NCBI GenBank assembly: GCA_963675595.2
Contig: CAXXLZ010000002.1
Location: 1,792,001-1,856,000 of the forward strand
DNA from: Thermodesulfobacteriota bacterium
Lineage (GTDB): Bacteria; Desulfobacterota; Desulfarculia; JACQYL01
Direction of reading: 5' to 3'
DNA: 64,000 nt
Shown: positions 1-10,367 of the stretch, piece after piece
How the letters are laid out: each line of letters begins with the position of its first letter
Numbering within the stretch: the first letter of the stretch is position 1
The notes under the pieces: model-generated
Database searches by the model: none
Told to the model about the DNA's origin: nothing
The model's input: only the letters and a program-made list of their open reading frames with translations
Program-made: the position numbers and the translations under genes

Positions 1-282
1 GGGCAAGTGCGCCGGAGCCACTAGTCTCTTGGTCGACAAGAGGGAGGTAACCGTGGCATGACTGTCATAAAATCCAAGAAAATTCTCGTAGTTGTCACCC
101 GAATCCGCGTTGAACGCGGTGGGAGGAACGCTGTAGTACTTCGTCACCGTCTGCGCCGACTTCTCATAGAACATCGGTATCACCGCCACCTTGGGTTTGG
201 TTTGAGCATTAATACTTTGGGCCGAAAAAACAAAAAAACCCATCAACGGCAAAACAACAAGAAACAACCTGTGCGACTTCAC
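1..282 (-). CDS. Secreted hypothetical protein, partial (runs off the left edge of the window)
   Basis: Not in the ORF track; translated by hand. GTG at 282 follows an AAGGAG RBS. The frame is open to position 1: MKSHRLFLVVLPLMGFFVFSAQSINAQTKPKVAVIPMF...YYSVPPTAF...LVAPAHLP. The N-terminus looks like a signal peptide. Confidence 0.7.
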   Translation of the reverse strand, partial: MKSHRLFLVVLPLMGFFVFSAQSINAQTKPKVAVIPMFYEKSAQTVTKYYSVPPTAFNADSGDNYENFLGFYDSHATVTSLLSTKRLVAPAHLP

Positions 283-310
283 CCACGTACTCCTTTCACT
301 CGAAAAAATG

Positions 311-1024
311 CTACAATGTAACCCCAGACTCGAAAATCCTCCTTCCATGATTATAAAGCTGAATGTCCAGTTGGTTCGCCTCCCTTACGGCACTCTTAGT
401 GGCCTCATCCAACTCATCGACTTGTTTTCTTTCGCCCACGTTCAATCTCGGAACGGATTCGATTTCCGATTGCATGAGAGCAGCGAGTCTCCGCACCGAT
501 TCATCCATGAGCTCAAAGATGCCGAAGTGCCTGATATCGTGAACGAGCACCTTCAACGCCATGGCCAGCTTGGTCTTCTCATCGCTTCCGACGAGCCGAG
601 CACCCTTTTCATTCGGTACGAGTATGGAGGATAGTCGATTCACCTGTTGATTTCGAAAGTGAGGGATTTGAGCGAAATCTTTTATGGAGACGTTATTGTC
701 GTTGACATAGCGGTGCATATGATGTCCCGGCGATCTTTTGACGAAATAGTAAGCCGACAGGAATCTGTCCATCGGCTCCCTTAACATGCTGTAGTAGCAG
801 AAGGGATGATAGGTAACATTGAACGCGTGAATCCCGTAATAAATGTGACCCATGACGGCCTTACACGGCTTTCCTCTATGTTTCCCAAGGAAGTCGGAGA
901 GCTCTTTGATCGTACTGATGGCCGCGACGTTTTCCGCTCCGTATCTGCGCGTAAAAAGATCGCGCATGGAGGTGCCGGCCGTTTTTTCAAGATGCACGAA
1001 TATCATCGACTTGTAAATTTCCAT
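311..1024 (-). CDS. Sulfotransferase family 2 protein
   Basis: 5'-PSB-like motif FVHLEKTAGTS, 3'-PB-like motif LREPMDRFLSAYY, and C-terminal NQLDIQLY. Confidence 0.85.
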   Translation of the reverse strand: MEIYKSMIFVHLEKTAGTSMRDLFTRRYGAENVAAISTIKELSDFLGKHRGKPCKAVMGHIYYGIHAFNVTYHPFCYYSMLREPMDRFLSAYYFVKRSPGHHMHRYVNDNNVSIKDFAQIPHFRNQQVNRLSSILVPNEKGARLVGSDEKTKLAMALKVLVHDIRHFGIFELMDESVRRLAALMQSEIESVPRLNVGERKQVDELDEATKSAVREANQLDIQLYNHGRRIFESGVTL

Positions 1025-1121
1025 GTTGTCGCCTTGCTACGCACGAATGACTCGAAGCACCCCCGCGTGTGAATTAAATTTCCGTAATAGGCTGCTGAAA
1101 GACGCGATTCGCGGCTTTGAG

Positions 1122-3716
1122 TCAGGGTCGCGAAGCAAGCCGCCTGCAGGAATCAAGCTTTTCCCGGATGAATCCGCTGCGGGGAAACCGAGAAGCCCCG
1201 TCTTCCAGCACCTCAAGAGCCTCATCGAGCCGATTCCATTGGACGTAAAGGTCCGACAGCGCCTCGATGAGGTCCGATCCCGCATATCCGGCCTCCCGCG
1301 CCGTGAGGAAGGCGGACTCCGCATCCTCCTTCCGCCCCAATTGCACGGCGGCTTTGCCCAGAGCCGCCCAGGCTCGCCCGTTGGATTTGTCGAGAGCTAT
1401 GGATCGGTGAAGCGCAGGAACGGCCTCGGCCCACTTGCCCGCCTCCGACAGGTTCTCGCCCCTCAAACACCAAGCGTCGGAATCCTGTCCGAACTTACGA
1501 GCGTATTGGTCCAGCAACCGCCCGGCAAGATTCAGGTCCTTCGTACGGCTGTAGAATCGGATATCTTCCAAAAGCACCGCCCTCGCATCCCTGTCCGGTC
1601 CGGCGTGATACTTCTCCCGGACGTCGGCTACGACGGCATCCCAGGCGGCACCCCGCTCGCGCGCGAGGCGGACCGGATTGTCGGCTTCTTCGTCGAGGCC
1701 TGAGGCGGAGCCGAGTCCGCTCCCGTTGAGCACCATATCGAACCGGCCCAATTCAAGCAGAACCCGCGCCCACGGACTTCGCGCTTCTTCACGGCCCTCC
1801 TCCACGGCCCGCGACAACAGAAACAATGCGGGATTGAACAGCTCCAGTTCGGCCAATTCACGGGCGCGATCCACGAGTTCTGAAGCGCTTCGGGTCGCCG
1901 CCTCCCGTTCGACGGAAAGAAGCAGTTCCAGCGTTGTGTGCACCGCATCCAGGCCCTCCCTGATTTCAGGTCCCACCTCGCCCACGATGCGACAAAATTC
2001 GGAAGCCATACGCATGTCACGAGACAAGCGGGCCGCCAATTCAACGGGATTATCCCGATGAATCCATCGGAACAAAGGCGTCGACGCGGAGGAGCACAGC
2101 AACAAGGTCGACGCCAGGGAAGGCAGTGCATCGGTTAATACCTTTAAAGCCGTATTCCGGGCTTTCCCCCCCTTTTTCTTCTTCCCTGAAGCCGACACCA
2201 CGTCCCGGCATAAACGGATCAGCCGTGTCAGCCGTTCCGCCCGTTCTTTAACCTGCCCCGTGAGGCCGGCCAGGGCCTGTCCACGATCCCATCCCGCGGT
2301 CGGATGATTCCACCAGGCATCCCGCACCTCGGGCCGAGGCGTCGAGCAAAAGGCTTCCAGGGCATGTTTCAGGAGCATGGGCCGGTATCCTTCGAGGAGC
2401 AATCCCCCTTCCGTGGCGTTGATGAAGCGCCTCTCGTTGTGGGCGGCCTCTCGTTCGAACAACCGGGCCACCCCCTGAAACTGCTTCACCGTGCGCACTT
2501 CGTCGCCCCACATGTCCCGCGTGAACGTCATTCCCAGTTGCCGCGCGTCGTTGATGGTCCACGTATCCTGTCCCGAGGCGTGAGCCTTTTCCCCGGTGAA
2601 GGCCAAGTCCTGTCCCACAAGGATCACCGGATCGCATCCCATGGCCAGTGCCAGGTGCAACGACAACAACGCCACGGAACTCACCGACTGGAGCAACCCT
2701 TCTTCCCCGATGAGGCGCTCGTTCCACATCAGGTCCTGGGGCCCCCGGTGATGGAACAGAATGGGACCCGGGTAACGGGCCGGTATCTTGTATTGAACGG
2801 AGGGAGCGCAAACCAAAGCGATTTCCGAAGGGATGGGAACTCCTTCAAACTTCTTCAAGTTGGCCGGCGTCGGATCGATGGCCGTGATGAAGTGTGGTCG
2901 TATCCCCAAGGCGAGCGCGGGGCGGACGGCACTGTCGGAGCAAATGATCACGGCCCGCTCCTCCACTCCTCGGAGCAGATGAAGGTTTTTCTCGAGACTG
3001 GGACCTCCGGCCGCCAGAATGGCGGGCACGTTTCGAAACCGATTGAAAAGTTTCGCCACCCCGTGCTGAGTCACCCGGTGCACCAGATTCTTCAGACTGT
3101 TCCGCGTGGAAAGCACGCCCTGGGTGTCCACAAAGGCGGCGGAACCGGTGACCGTGTCCAAAACGTCGAGGATTTTCAAACGCAACGGTTCGTAGGCTTC
3201 GGGAAGCGCCTCGAGATACATGGGCCGAAACACGCAATTCACCTTGGTCGGCATGTGCTCGTACAAAAACCGGAATCCGTCTTCCAGTTCCGCTTGGCTT
3301 AAGACCCAATGAATTTCGGGATGTGACAGAAGCCCGGTGAAGTCCGAGTAGGTAAACGCGGCTTTGAGTATCGCGGGATCGAGCTCCACAATGAGAAAAG
3401 CATGGCCCGGGTCCATGTGCTTCACCGCCTCGGAAGCAAGCAGCCCCACGCCGAATCCCAACATGACCGTGGCGCGATCCGCCCCGTACATGCCCGAAGC
3501 CGCATCTCTACCGATAGACATTTCGGGACGGTTGCCTTTGAAAAGAGCGCGTATGGACCCGTCCGGCAAGGACACTCGGAGATTGGGAAAACCCTCTTCC
3601 GTGAAGAACAGCATACCGGGCGGCAGGTTCCCGGCCGCTCCAATCTTCCGGGCCGTGTCGGGATGGCGTTTCCCTAGAAGATTCAGATTTTGTTGAAGGA
3701 AATCCTTTGAATTCAT
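1122..3716 (-). CDS. Motility-associated factor (Maf/DUF115) glycosyltransferase with C-terminal TPR repeats
   Basis: Maf motifs GFGVG, AGGPSLEKN, GIRPHFITAID, VGQDLAF and FINATEGG. TPR-like helices after about aa 620. ATG at 3716 preferred over GTG at 3722. Confidence 0.85.
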   Translation of the reverse strand: MNSKDFLQQNLNLLGKRHPDTARKIGAAGNLPPGMLFFTEEGFPNLRVSLPDGSIRALFKGNRPEMSIGRDAASGMYGADRATVMLGFGVGLLASEAVKHMDPGHAFLIVELDPAILKAAFTYSDFTGLLSHPEIHWVLSQAELEDGFRFLYEHMPTKVNCVFRPMYLEALPEAYEPLRLKILDVLDTVTGSAAFVDTQGVLSTRNSLKNLVHRVTQHGVAKLFNRFRNVPAILAAGGPSLEKNLHLLRGVEERAVIICSDSAVRPALALGIRPHFITAIDPTPANLKKFEGVPIPSEIALVCAPSVQYKIPARYPGPILFHHRGPQDLMWNERLIGEEGLLQSVSSVALLSLHLALAMGCDPVILVGQDLAFTGEKAHASGQDTWTINDARQLGMTFTRDMWGDEVRTVKQFQGVARLFEREAAHNERRFINATEGGLLLEGYRPMLLKHALEAFCSTPRPEVRDAWWNHPTAGWDRGQALAGLTGQVKERAERLTRLIRLCRDVVSASGKKKKGGKARNTALKVLTDALPSLASTLLLCSSASTPLFRWIHRDNPVELAARLSRDMRMASEFCRIVGEVGPEIREGLDAVHTTLELLLSVEREAATRSASELVDRARELAELELFNPALFLLSRAVEEGREEARSPWARVLLELGRFDMVLNGSGLGSASGLDEEADNPVRLARERGAAWDAVVADVREKYHAGPDRDARAVLLEDIRFYSRTKDLNLAGRLLDQYARKFGQDSDAWCLRGENLSEAGKWAEAVPALHRSIALDKSNGRAWAALGKAAVQLGRKEDAESAFLTAREAGYAGSDLIEALSDLYVQWNRLDEALEVLEDGASRFPRSGFIREKLDSCRRLASRP

Positions 3717-3823
3717 GGACACTCCGCACCGGCTCCCGTGCCATCGGGCCTAGCCCGACGGGATATCAACGAGGAAACGAAGAAGGCTTCTTCCGGGTTG
3801 TGGAAATCGATCATATCACGCTG

Positions 3824-6800
3824 TCAGTGTATCCCATCTCCGCCGGATGCCAAGTTTGCGCAAAATTCCAGATTCTGTTTCGCTTCCGGATGATCGGGAT
3901 TCAGAGCCAAGCAATGCCGGAAGTGCTCGCAGGCCTCGTCGATACGGTTACGCCCCATGGACAGCACTCCGAGGTTGTTGTAAGGATCTGGAGACTCGCC
4001 CTGTTCGCGAAGTTCCCGGTGGAAATACTCCTCCGCCAGGTCGTATTGGCCGGTGAGGTAATAGAGCTCTCCGATGATGTTCCTGAGCTGCGGTTCCTCC
4101 GGGCTGACCCGCAGTAGATCTTCCAGCACACGCGCCGTCTCGAGGTTGTTCCCCGACTTCTCGAGCACCCGAGCCATGGCTTTCAAAGCTTCGGGGTCCG
4201 CCGGAAACCGTTCTACCGCCGCGCGGGCCGTGGTTTCCGCTTGTTCCGTTCGATCCAGATCCAGCAGGCCCTGGACTTTGTACAAACTGGAGCGAGAACT
4301 AAGCTCCACCCCTTCGGCCTCGAGGGAATCGTAGTATTCCACCGCGGCATCGGGATGTCCCGACCTGAGAAACAGCTCACCCACGCCCTCCTGCACTTCC
4401 GGGGAAGCGGCGTCCGCCAACCTGAGCCAAGTGAGCTCCCAACGTAACGCATCCCCGTCTCCGGCCTCCAGTAGGCCGGTCGCCTTTTCGAGACCTCGCG
4501 ACGATAGTCCGGGCTCGTCCGCGCAGATTACCCTCACCTTGCTCCGCGCTTCCTCCTCCCGGCCGATCTGAAGCAGAATATTCGCCATATTGTTCACCAG
4601 CAAAAGTCCGTCCATGGTAACGGTGTAGAAAGGCACGAACTCGCCGGACCGGTATTTCAAATACCACTGATGCGCTTCCTCCAGACAAGCCGCGGCTTCC
4701 TCCAACCGCCCTTCCTGAAAACGGCAATACGCCAAACTCACTTGAAGTTCGGGGTGGTGCGGGCAGACATTCAGTCCCTTTTCAAGCACGGACACCGCCT
4801 TGGGCCATTCGCCTTTGGAGATATACAATTGACCCAGCCGAGGATAGGTGTCCGCGTAATAGTTTTGGGCAAGATCCAGCTCCTTTTCCTCCGCCAACCG
4901 CAGCACCGTCTCACCCTCGGATACGGCGTCATCCAACCGACCCACCGACTGATAGGTATTGATCAGATAGTAATGAGCATCCATATCCTCGTAATTTTCT
5001 CCAATCCTCTTTTCCAGCAAACCGACGGTACGTTGATACTTCTTTCGCTTGACTTCGGGTCCCAGGTCGTACCCGTAATGATGGATCGCAACGGGAGAAT
5101 ATTCACACCGGCCCCGATAGATCAGCATGTTGTGCACGATTCCCGCATAGCGAAATCCCTTATGGTTGCGGAACAGACGCACCGAGTTCTGCTCCGCTTT
5201 TCGTCGTCCGTCGCTCAGGTAATTAAAGACCCGAAATGTCACCGCAGCTCTGTTGGTGTTCGACGCCTGCTCCCTCAGCGGCTCCACGCCCGAATCATCC
5301 AGTTCCTCGTCGGCGTCGAGAATGAGCACCCAATCGCCCCGTGCGTAACTCAAGGTGATGTTGCGCATACCGGAAAAATCATCGAACCAGGGATGTTCGT
5401 ATAATCTCGCACCGAATGAACGGATGATTTCAACGGTTCGGTCCTGCGAACCCGTGTCCACGACAATGATTTCGTCAACGGCTCCTGCGACGCTTTCCAG
5501 CGCCTTTTCGAGGTGCGCTTCTTCGTTCTTCACCATCATGCACAGGGACACCGTGGGCGCATTCTCCAGCGCCGCCTGGGATTTGAAAAAGGACTCTGCG
5601 TATTCTCTGTTGGCCGGTTCGAGATGGAGCGCCCTGGCCAGCCAGTCGAGAGCGTCCAAGCGCCGGTTACGGTTCCAAAAGAAACTTCCCAGGTTAAAGG
5701 CACCCAAAGCATAATCCTCGTGTCGTTGCACGAGTTTCACCAAGTCTTTTTCCGCCGATCGGTGGTCCCCGGCCTCGAGCCGAACCAGGGCCCGAGTCAA
5801 CAGGGCTTTCGGCGATTGAGGCGCCAAGTTCACGGCGGTTTCAGCATGCTCCAGCGCCCCATCATAATCCCCCAGACCTTTCAGCACCTCGGAAAGCACG
5901 ATGCGGGTATCGGCCCGCCGCCCATCCGCTTCCACGGACTTGGAGAGCCACACCTTGGCCGCCCCGAGATTGCCCTTGCGTTTCTGTATGACTCCGAGGC
6001 CTTCGTACGTCGGGCCCAGGATTTCAGCCAGAGCGCTGTTGGTCATCACCTCCCCGCGAAGCAGATCCTCAATGGTAAGCAGGGAACGTTCGGCCTCGTC
6101 GAAGTTGCCCCTGGCCATAAACCCGGCGGCCGTTTCCAAAACGGCTCTGGCCTTGGTCTCTCCGACTCCGGGTTCCCGCGGCACGGAATCCGGAGACACG
6201 AATCGCGTCACCACCTTGGTTCCGGTGCTTTGCAGCAGGTCCAGATTGTTGCGGGCCGGAAGGAACTGGGGATCCAGAGTCAAGGCCCTTTCCAGGAATC
6301 GCACCGCCACGGCTCGTTGCCCCTTCTGGGCCGCCGACTTGGCCAGAAGATTCAGGAAATAGGCCCCTTTGTCCTTGTTGTCCCACAGGTCTCCCACGGA
6401 ATCCTGAAGTCGGTCTTCCCGACCGGAATGAATCAGCGCTTCGCCGTGCATGTACACCGCGTCTTCATGCATGTGCACCATATGGAGGATATAAGGATAC
6501 CATTCGGGGTGTTCTTCATAAGACCTCCGGCACTTGAGATAGGTGGGGAAGAACCGAATGATTTCCTCCCATTCCTTGCGCTCGTGCCGGCAGGCAATGA
6601 TAATGAACGCCGCGTCGGGATTTACGGAGTGCAACTTGAGCAGCTTCGATGCTTCCTCGAAAGCCGTATCCAGCTCCTTCAAATTGAAGGCGTTGGCGGC
6701 GATCTGGTAATGCAGGTCGTGATAGACGGGGGATTCCGTCTCCTCCCCCAACATTTCGGCTCCCTTGCGCGCCGTTTCCAGGGCCTTTCTCAAGTCCTTT

Positions 6801-7420
6801 CGACTGGAATGAATCTTGGCCAACTGATAATAAGCGTAGGCTGCGTCGCCTCCTTCCGCGATCATCTTTTCCAGAAGAATTTCCGACCGCCTCCGCTTCT
6901 TTTCCATCTTCTCTTCTTCCAGATCGTATCCGTAATGCTTCACCGTGAACGGAGCCGTAGCCGCCGAATGGCCCTGACACATCAGTTGATTGTGAACGAT
7001 GCCCTGATATCGAAGCCCCATTCCGTTGCGGATGAGACGAATCTGGTTCAACGTGGAGGTCACGCGACCTTCGGCGGTGGTGTTTTCGAGATGGAACGCA
7101 TACAGGTTGGCGACCGGGTTCTTCAGAAAGTCTTTTAAGCCCAGGTCCGATTGTTGACGTACGAACTCGTCGTCCGCGTCCAGAATGAGAATCCATTCCC
7201 CCCGCGCATACTCCATGGTGATGTTCCGCATCCCGGAGAAATCATGAAACCATTCGTGAAAATAGATACGGTCCGTATACGCCCTGGCGATTTCCACGGT
7301 GCGGTCCGTGGAACCCGTGTCCACCACCACGATTTCGTCCACTTCACCACGAATACTCTCAAGGGCTCGACCGAGCATTTCCTCTTCGTTTTTCACCATC
7401 ATGCATGCGGAAATCAGCAT
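3824..7420 (-). CDS. Tandem GT2 glycosyltransferase with TPR repeats (GT2-TPR-GT2-TPR)
   Basis: Two copies of SxCMMVKNEE...VVDTGSxDRT...FSGMRN...LDAD...HYGYD, each followed by a TPR array. Confidence 0.92.
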   Translation of the reverse strand: MLISACMMVKNEEEMLGRALESIRGEVDEIVVVDTGSTDRTVEIARAYTDRIYFHEWFHDFSGMRNITMEYARGEWILILDADDEFVRQQSDLGLKDFLKNPVANLYAFHLENTTAEGRVTSTLNQIRLIRNGMGLRYQGIVHNQLMCQGHSAATAPFTVKHYGYDLEEEKMEKKRRRSEILLEKMIAEGGDAAYAYYQLAKIHSSRKDLRKALETARKGAEMLGEETESPVYHDLHYQIAANAFNLKELDTAFEEASKLLKLHSVNPDAAFIIIACRHERKEWEEIIRFFPTYLKCRRSYEEHPEWYPYILHMVHMHEDAVYMHGEALIHSGREDRLQDSVGDLWDNKDKGAYFLNLLAKSAAQKGQRAVAVRFLERALTLDPQFLPARNNLDLLQSTGTKVVTRFVSPDSVPREPGVGETKARAVLETAAGFMARGNFDEAERSLLTIEDLLRGEVMTNSALAEILGPTYEGLGVIQKRKGNLGAAKVWLSKSVEADGRRADTRIVLSEVLKGLGDYDGALEHAETAVNLAPQSPKALLTRALVRLEAGDHRSAEKDLVKLVQRHEDYALGAFNLGSFFWNRNRRLDALDWLARALHLEPANREYAESFFKSQAALENAPTVSLCMMVKNEEAHLEKALESVAGAVDEIIVVDTGSQDRTVEIIRSFGARLYEHPWFDDFSGMRNITLSYARGDWVLILDADEELDDSGVEPLREQASNTNRAAVTFRVFNYLSDGRRKAEQNSVRLFRNHKGFRYAGIVHNMLIYRGRCEYSPVAIHHYGYDLGPEVKRKKYQRTVGLLEKRIGENYEDMDAHYYLINTYQSVGRLDDAVSEGETVLRLAEEKELDLAQNYYADTYPRLGQLYISKGEWPKAVSVLEKGLNVCPHHPELQVSLAYCRFQEGRLEEAAACLEEAHQWYLKYRSGEFVPFYTVTMDGLLLVNNMANILLQIGREEEARSKVRVICADEPGLSSRGLEKATGLLEAGDGDALRWELTWLRLADAASPEVQEGVGELFLRSGHPDAAVEYYDSLEAEGVELSSRSSLYKVQGLLDLDRTEQAETTARAAVERFPADPEALKAMARVLEKSGNNLETARVLEDLLRVSPEEPQLRNIIGELYYLTGQYDLAEEYFHRELREQGESPDPYNNLGVLSMGRNRIDEACEHFRHCLALNPDHPEAKQNLEFCANLASGGDGIH

Positions 7421-7429
7421 GTTCTCATC

Positions 7430-9094
7430 CTATCCACGTTGCACGCCCGCCGTTCCCTCGCGGACGTTTTGTTTCACGGGACCCGCGGAATCCGAGCGTC
7501 GCCCTGCAGCGGAAGCGAATTCCACCGTCCCTGTACGCCGAAGAAACCTGAGGGCGGTCACGCTCTTGGAAGGCCAATGATCCGGGGGATGGTCCAGCCT
7601 GAAATGGCCGCCGATGCTTACCGGACGCGCCAGAGCCGCTTCCGCGACCCGGTTCAGAGTTCGAATCCTGTGGCGCCGGTCAAAATAGGTCGACGAAGTC
7701 AGTCGACCGTGGGACCAAAGATCGTCCAGCTCGGACATCAGGCGCTTCGTCCGTTCCATGGTCTTTCGAAGCTCCATGCCTTCCCTGACCACCGCGATAG
7801 ACCCGATGCCCTCCGCAAGGGCCTCCATGAGCCCATCAGGGAAAGCCTCGTCCGACTTCGGCCCCAAAAGTCTTTCTTCCACCGAAGGCAGAGAGGCCCT
7901 TGTTGCGGATTTCATGCTCCGCCGAGCCGCGCTTTCTCCGGCAACAGCCCCGAAAACCTGGGTCGAGGTCATCATGTTGCCGCCCAGCCGATCCGCTCCG
8001 TGCATCCCACCCGCCGCCTCGCCCGCGGCGAAAAGGTTGGGTACCGAAGTCTCTCCGCGAACGTCGACGGCCAATCCTCCGTTACAAGCATGGGACAAAG
8101 GAATCACCGGGACCCTTTCATCGCCGTCGGTCAATTCCACCCCCGGCCTTCCCGCTCCTCCCAAACTCACGGCGGCATCGATCACGCCCGAAACGTCTCG
8201 ACAACTGAAGGGAAAATGAGTGCCGCGGAGTCGTATCGCTTCCTCCGCCTGCTCCTCGGACTCGAAAAATTCGTTCCACAGATTTCTTCCCTGCGCATCC
8301 TTGAGCGCTTTTTGTACCGACAATCGTTCCGGGAGCAGAAAGCTCTTTGTTCCCCCGGAAACCGTACCCAGCATGAACTGGACGAATTCCGTGTGAATCG
8401 TCCGCGCTCCGACGTCCGTTCCGAGGCTCAGAGCATCTCCACACAAACCCGGATCGCAGAGGCTCATGGGATAAAGTCCCGCGAAGCCCCCCGCGGCCAA
8501 AACCAAGGCTCCGCTCCGGATGCGAAGCACCCCGTCTCCTTGAAGACCCGTGGCGCCCACGCACACGCCGTCCTTGATTTCCAGACGCACGGCACGAAAG
8601 TCCTGAACCAAACCGACGCCCCGGCGTTTCAACCGCTCCGACATGGCCCGTACGTACGAATCGATGGATTCCAAAACAAAGGCCCTGGGATACTTCCCAA
8701 AACAGCCCTTGATCCGCAGGAAGTCCCCTTCGACGCGCCTCCGAAACCTCACCCCCCAGGACATCAGGTCCCGTAATCTTTCCGGGGCGCGGGACACCAG
8801 TACTTCCACGAGCCCCGGATCGGCCAATCCCGATCCGGCCTCCAGGGTTTCCTCGAAATGCGCTTCCCGGGTATCGCCGGGCAGAGTCGAATCCCATGCC
8901 GCCTGTATGCCCCATCCCGGGGCAAGGCGGGCGAAAGAGGATCCATGATGCAGATAGGCGCCCTTACAGGCAAGGAGCACGCGCGCTCCCACGTCCGCCG
9001 CGGCCGCGGCGGCCCGCAATCCCGCCGCACCGGCCCCCAAGACCAGCACGTCCGTATCAAGGACCGAACTCTCGGCGCGACGTTCCGACCCCAT
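7430..9094 (-). CDS. FAD-binding oxidoreductase, succinate dehydrogenase/fumarate reductase/L-aspartate oxidase flavoprotein superfamily
   Basis: DVLVLGAGAAG Rossmann motif, LAAGG, EFVQF, NLFAAGEAAGGMHGADRLGGN and SIGGHFRLDHP. Confidence 0.85.
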   Translation of the reverse strand: MGSERRAESSVLDTDVLVLGAGAAGLRAAAAAADVGARVLLACKGAYLHHGSSFARLAPGWGIQAAWDSTLPGDTREAHFEETLEAGSGLADPGLVEVLVSRAPERLRDLMSWGVRFRRRVEGDFLRIKGCFGKYPRAFVLESIDSYVRAMSERLKRRGVGLVQDFRAVRLEIKDGVCVGATGLQGDGVLRIRSGALVLAAGGFAGLYPMSLCDPGLCGDALSLGTDVGARTIHTEFVQFMLGTVSGGTKSFLLPERLSVQKALKDAQGRNLWNEFFESEEQAEEAIRLRGTHFPFSCRDVSGVIDAAVSLGGAGRPGVELTDGDERVPVIPLSHACNGGLAVDVRGETSVPNLFAAGEAAGGMHGADRLGGNMMTSTQVFGAVAGESAARRSMKSATRASLPSVEERLLGPKSDEAFPDGLMEALAEGIGSIAVVREGMELRKTMERTKRLMSELDDLWSHGRLTSSTYFDRRHRIRTLNRVAEAALARPVSIGGHFRLDHPPDHWPSKSVTALRFLRRTGTVEFASAAGRRSDSAGPVKQNVREGTAGVQRG

Positions 9095-9097
9095 CGT

Positions 9098-10324
9098 TCA
9101 GCACATCCTCTCCCGGACTTGCCGGTCGGCTTGCGGTGCGCGACCTCTCCACGAGCCCGAAAGCACGTCCACCACCAAATCCAGTTCCGCCTCGACATTG
9201 TAGAAATGGGGAGACAATGCGTATCGGTCCCCCTTGGACACGACTTGGATTCCCGCTTGCTTGAGCCGGGCGCTCGGATCATCCCCCGAGGCTTTGGTCC
9301 TTCCTCGCACGATGCCGGACCGCTCCATTGGGGAAAGGGCGTCCAGGGGCCCCATGCCGTGCTCCCGCAATCGAAGGCACAGCGATTCCGCCAAGCTCCG
9401 AACACGCGCTTCGACCCGCTCCGGCCCCCAATCCGTGAACAGTTCCAAAGCACGATTCAAACCCAAAATGCCCGGTACGTTCAAAGCGCCTCTTTCGAAC
9501 CGAGCGGCCCCCTTCCGAAATTCCAGTTGATAATCGAGATATTGATCCCGATTGCGCACGCCGGCGGCCCCCGGATAGGCAACGGTCAGTCGTTCCAGGA
9601 GCCGTGGAGAACAGTACCAGAACCCCGCGCCCTCGGGCGCAAGCAGCCACTTTCGCCCCTCAACGACCAGGGCGTCCACAAAGTCCGCCGCCACGTCCAC
9701 CCGAACCTGACCCAAAGCCTGGGTAGCGTCCGCCACGAAAATGATTCCCCGTTCTCGGCAATGGGCTCCTATCTCGCGGAACGCGATGCGCTGACCCGTG
9801 ACAAAGGAAACCAGACTGAGGCAAACCACCTTCACGCGGGAGTCCAACGCCCGATATACGTCCTCCGGCCGGACCAATCCATCCCGTTCCCTCACCCGAA
9901 TCCAATGAACTTCCACCCCTTTGCGCGAAAGGTTCATCCAGGGGTACACCGAGGACGGATACTCCACGTCGGACAGCAGCACGCGCTCCCCCGGTTTGAA
10001 CTCCAATCCCTGCGCCACATGGTTGATTCCTTCGGCGGTGTTGGAGATGAACGCCGTATCCTCGGGTTTCGCACCGATAAACCGAGCGGCGTTCTTCCTA
10101 CAGGTTTCCACCGCTTGAAACCAGGACGACCCGTCCAGAAAGCCTCGATCCCTGCGTCCCTCGAAATAGGAAACCGCCGCAGCCGCAACGCTCGCAGGGA
10201 GGGGAGACCGAACCGCGTGGTTCAGGCAGACAAAATTCTCAGCGACCGGAAACTCCGAATTCCGAATCCATTCGATTTCAGACGAAGAAAAAGGATCCAA
10301 ACCCGGAGCCTCCAACGGGTCCAT
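9098..10324 (-). CDS. Aminotransferase class V PLP-dependent enzyme (cysteine desulfurase / C-S lyase-like)
   Basis: LNHAVRSP, NTAEGIN, DATQALG, GRKWLLAPEG (PLP lysine) and SPHFYN. ATG at 10324 avoids overlap with the upstream gene. Confidence 0.85.
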   Translation of the reverse strand: MDPLEAPGLDPFSSSEIEWIRNSEFPVAENFVCLNHAVRSPLPASVAAAAVSYFEGRRDRGFLDGSSWFQAVETCRKNAARFIGAKPEDTAFISNTAEGINHVAQGLEFKPGERVLLSDVEYPSSVYPWMNLSRKGVEVHWIRVRERDGLVRPEDVYRALDSRVKVVCLSLVSFVTGQRIAFREIGAHCRERGIIFVADATQALGQVRVDVAADFVDALVVEGRKWLLAPEGAGFWYCSPRLLERLTVAYPGAAGVRNRDQYLDYQLEFRKGAARFERGALNVPGILGLNRALELFTDWGPERVEARVRSLAESLCLRLREHGMGPLDALSPMERSGIVRGRTKASGDDPSARLKQAGIQVVSKGDRYALSPHFYNVEAELDLVVDVLSGSWRGRAPQADRQVRERMC

Positions 10325-10367
10325 TGTTTTCGTTAAGCACAGCCCGAATTCATCAACGGCTGCGCCG

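Noticed and set aside
7430-9094. Calling the flavoprotein sdhA, frdA or nadB
   Set aside because: Diagnostic motifs are divergent and no partner subunits or nadA/nadC are nearby, so only the superfamily is supportable.
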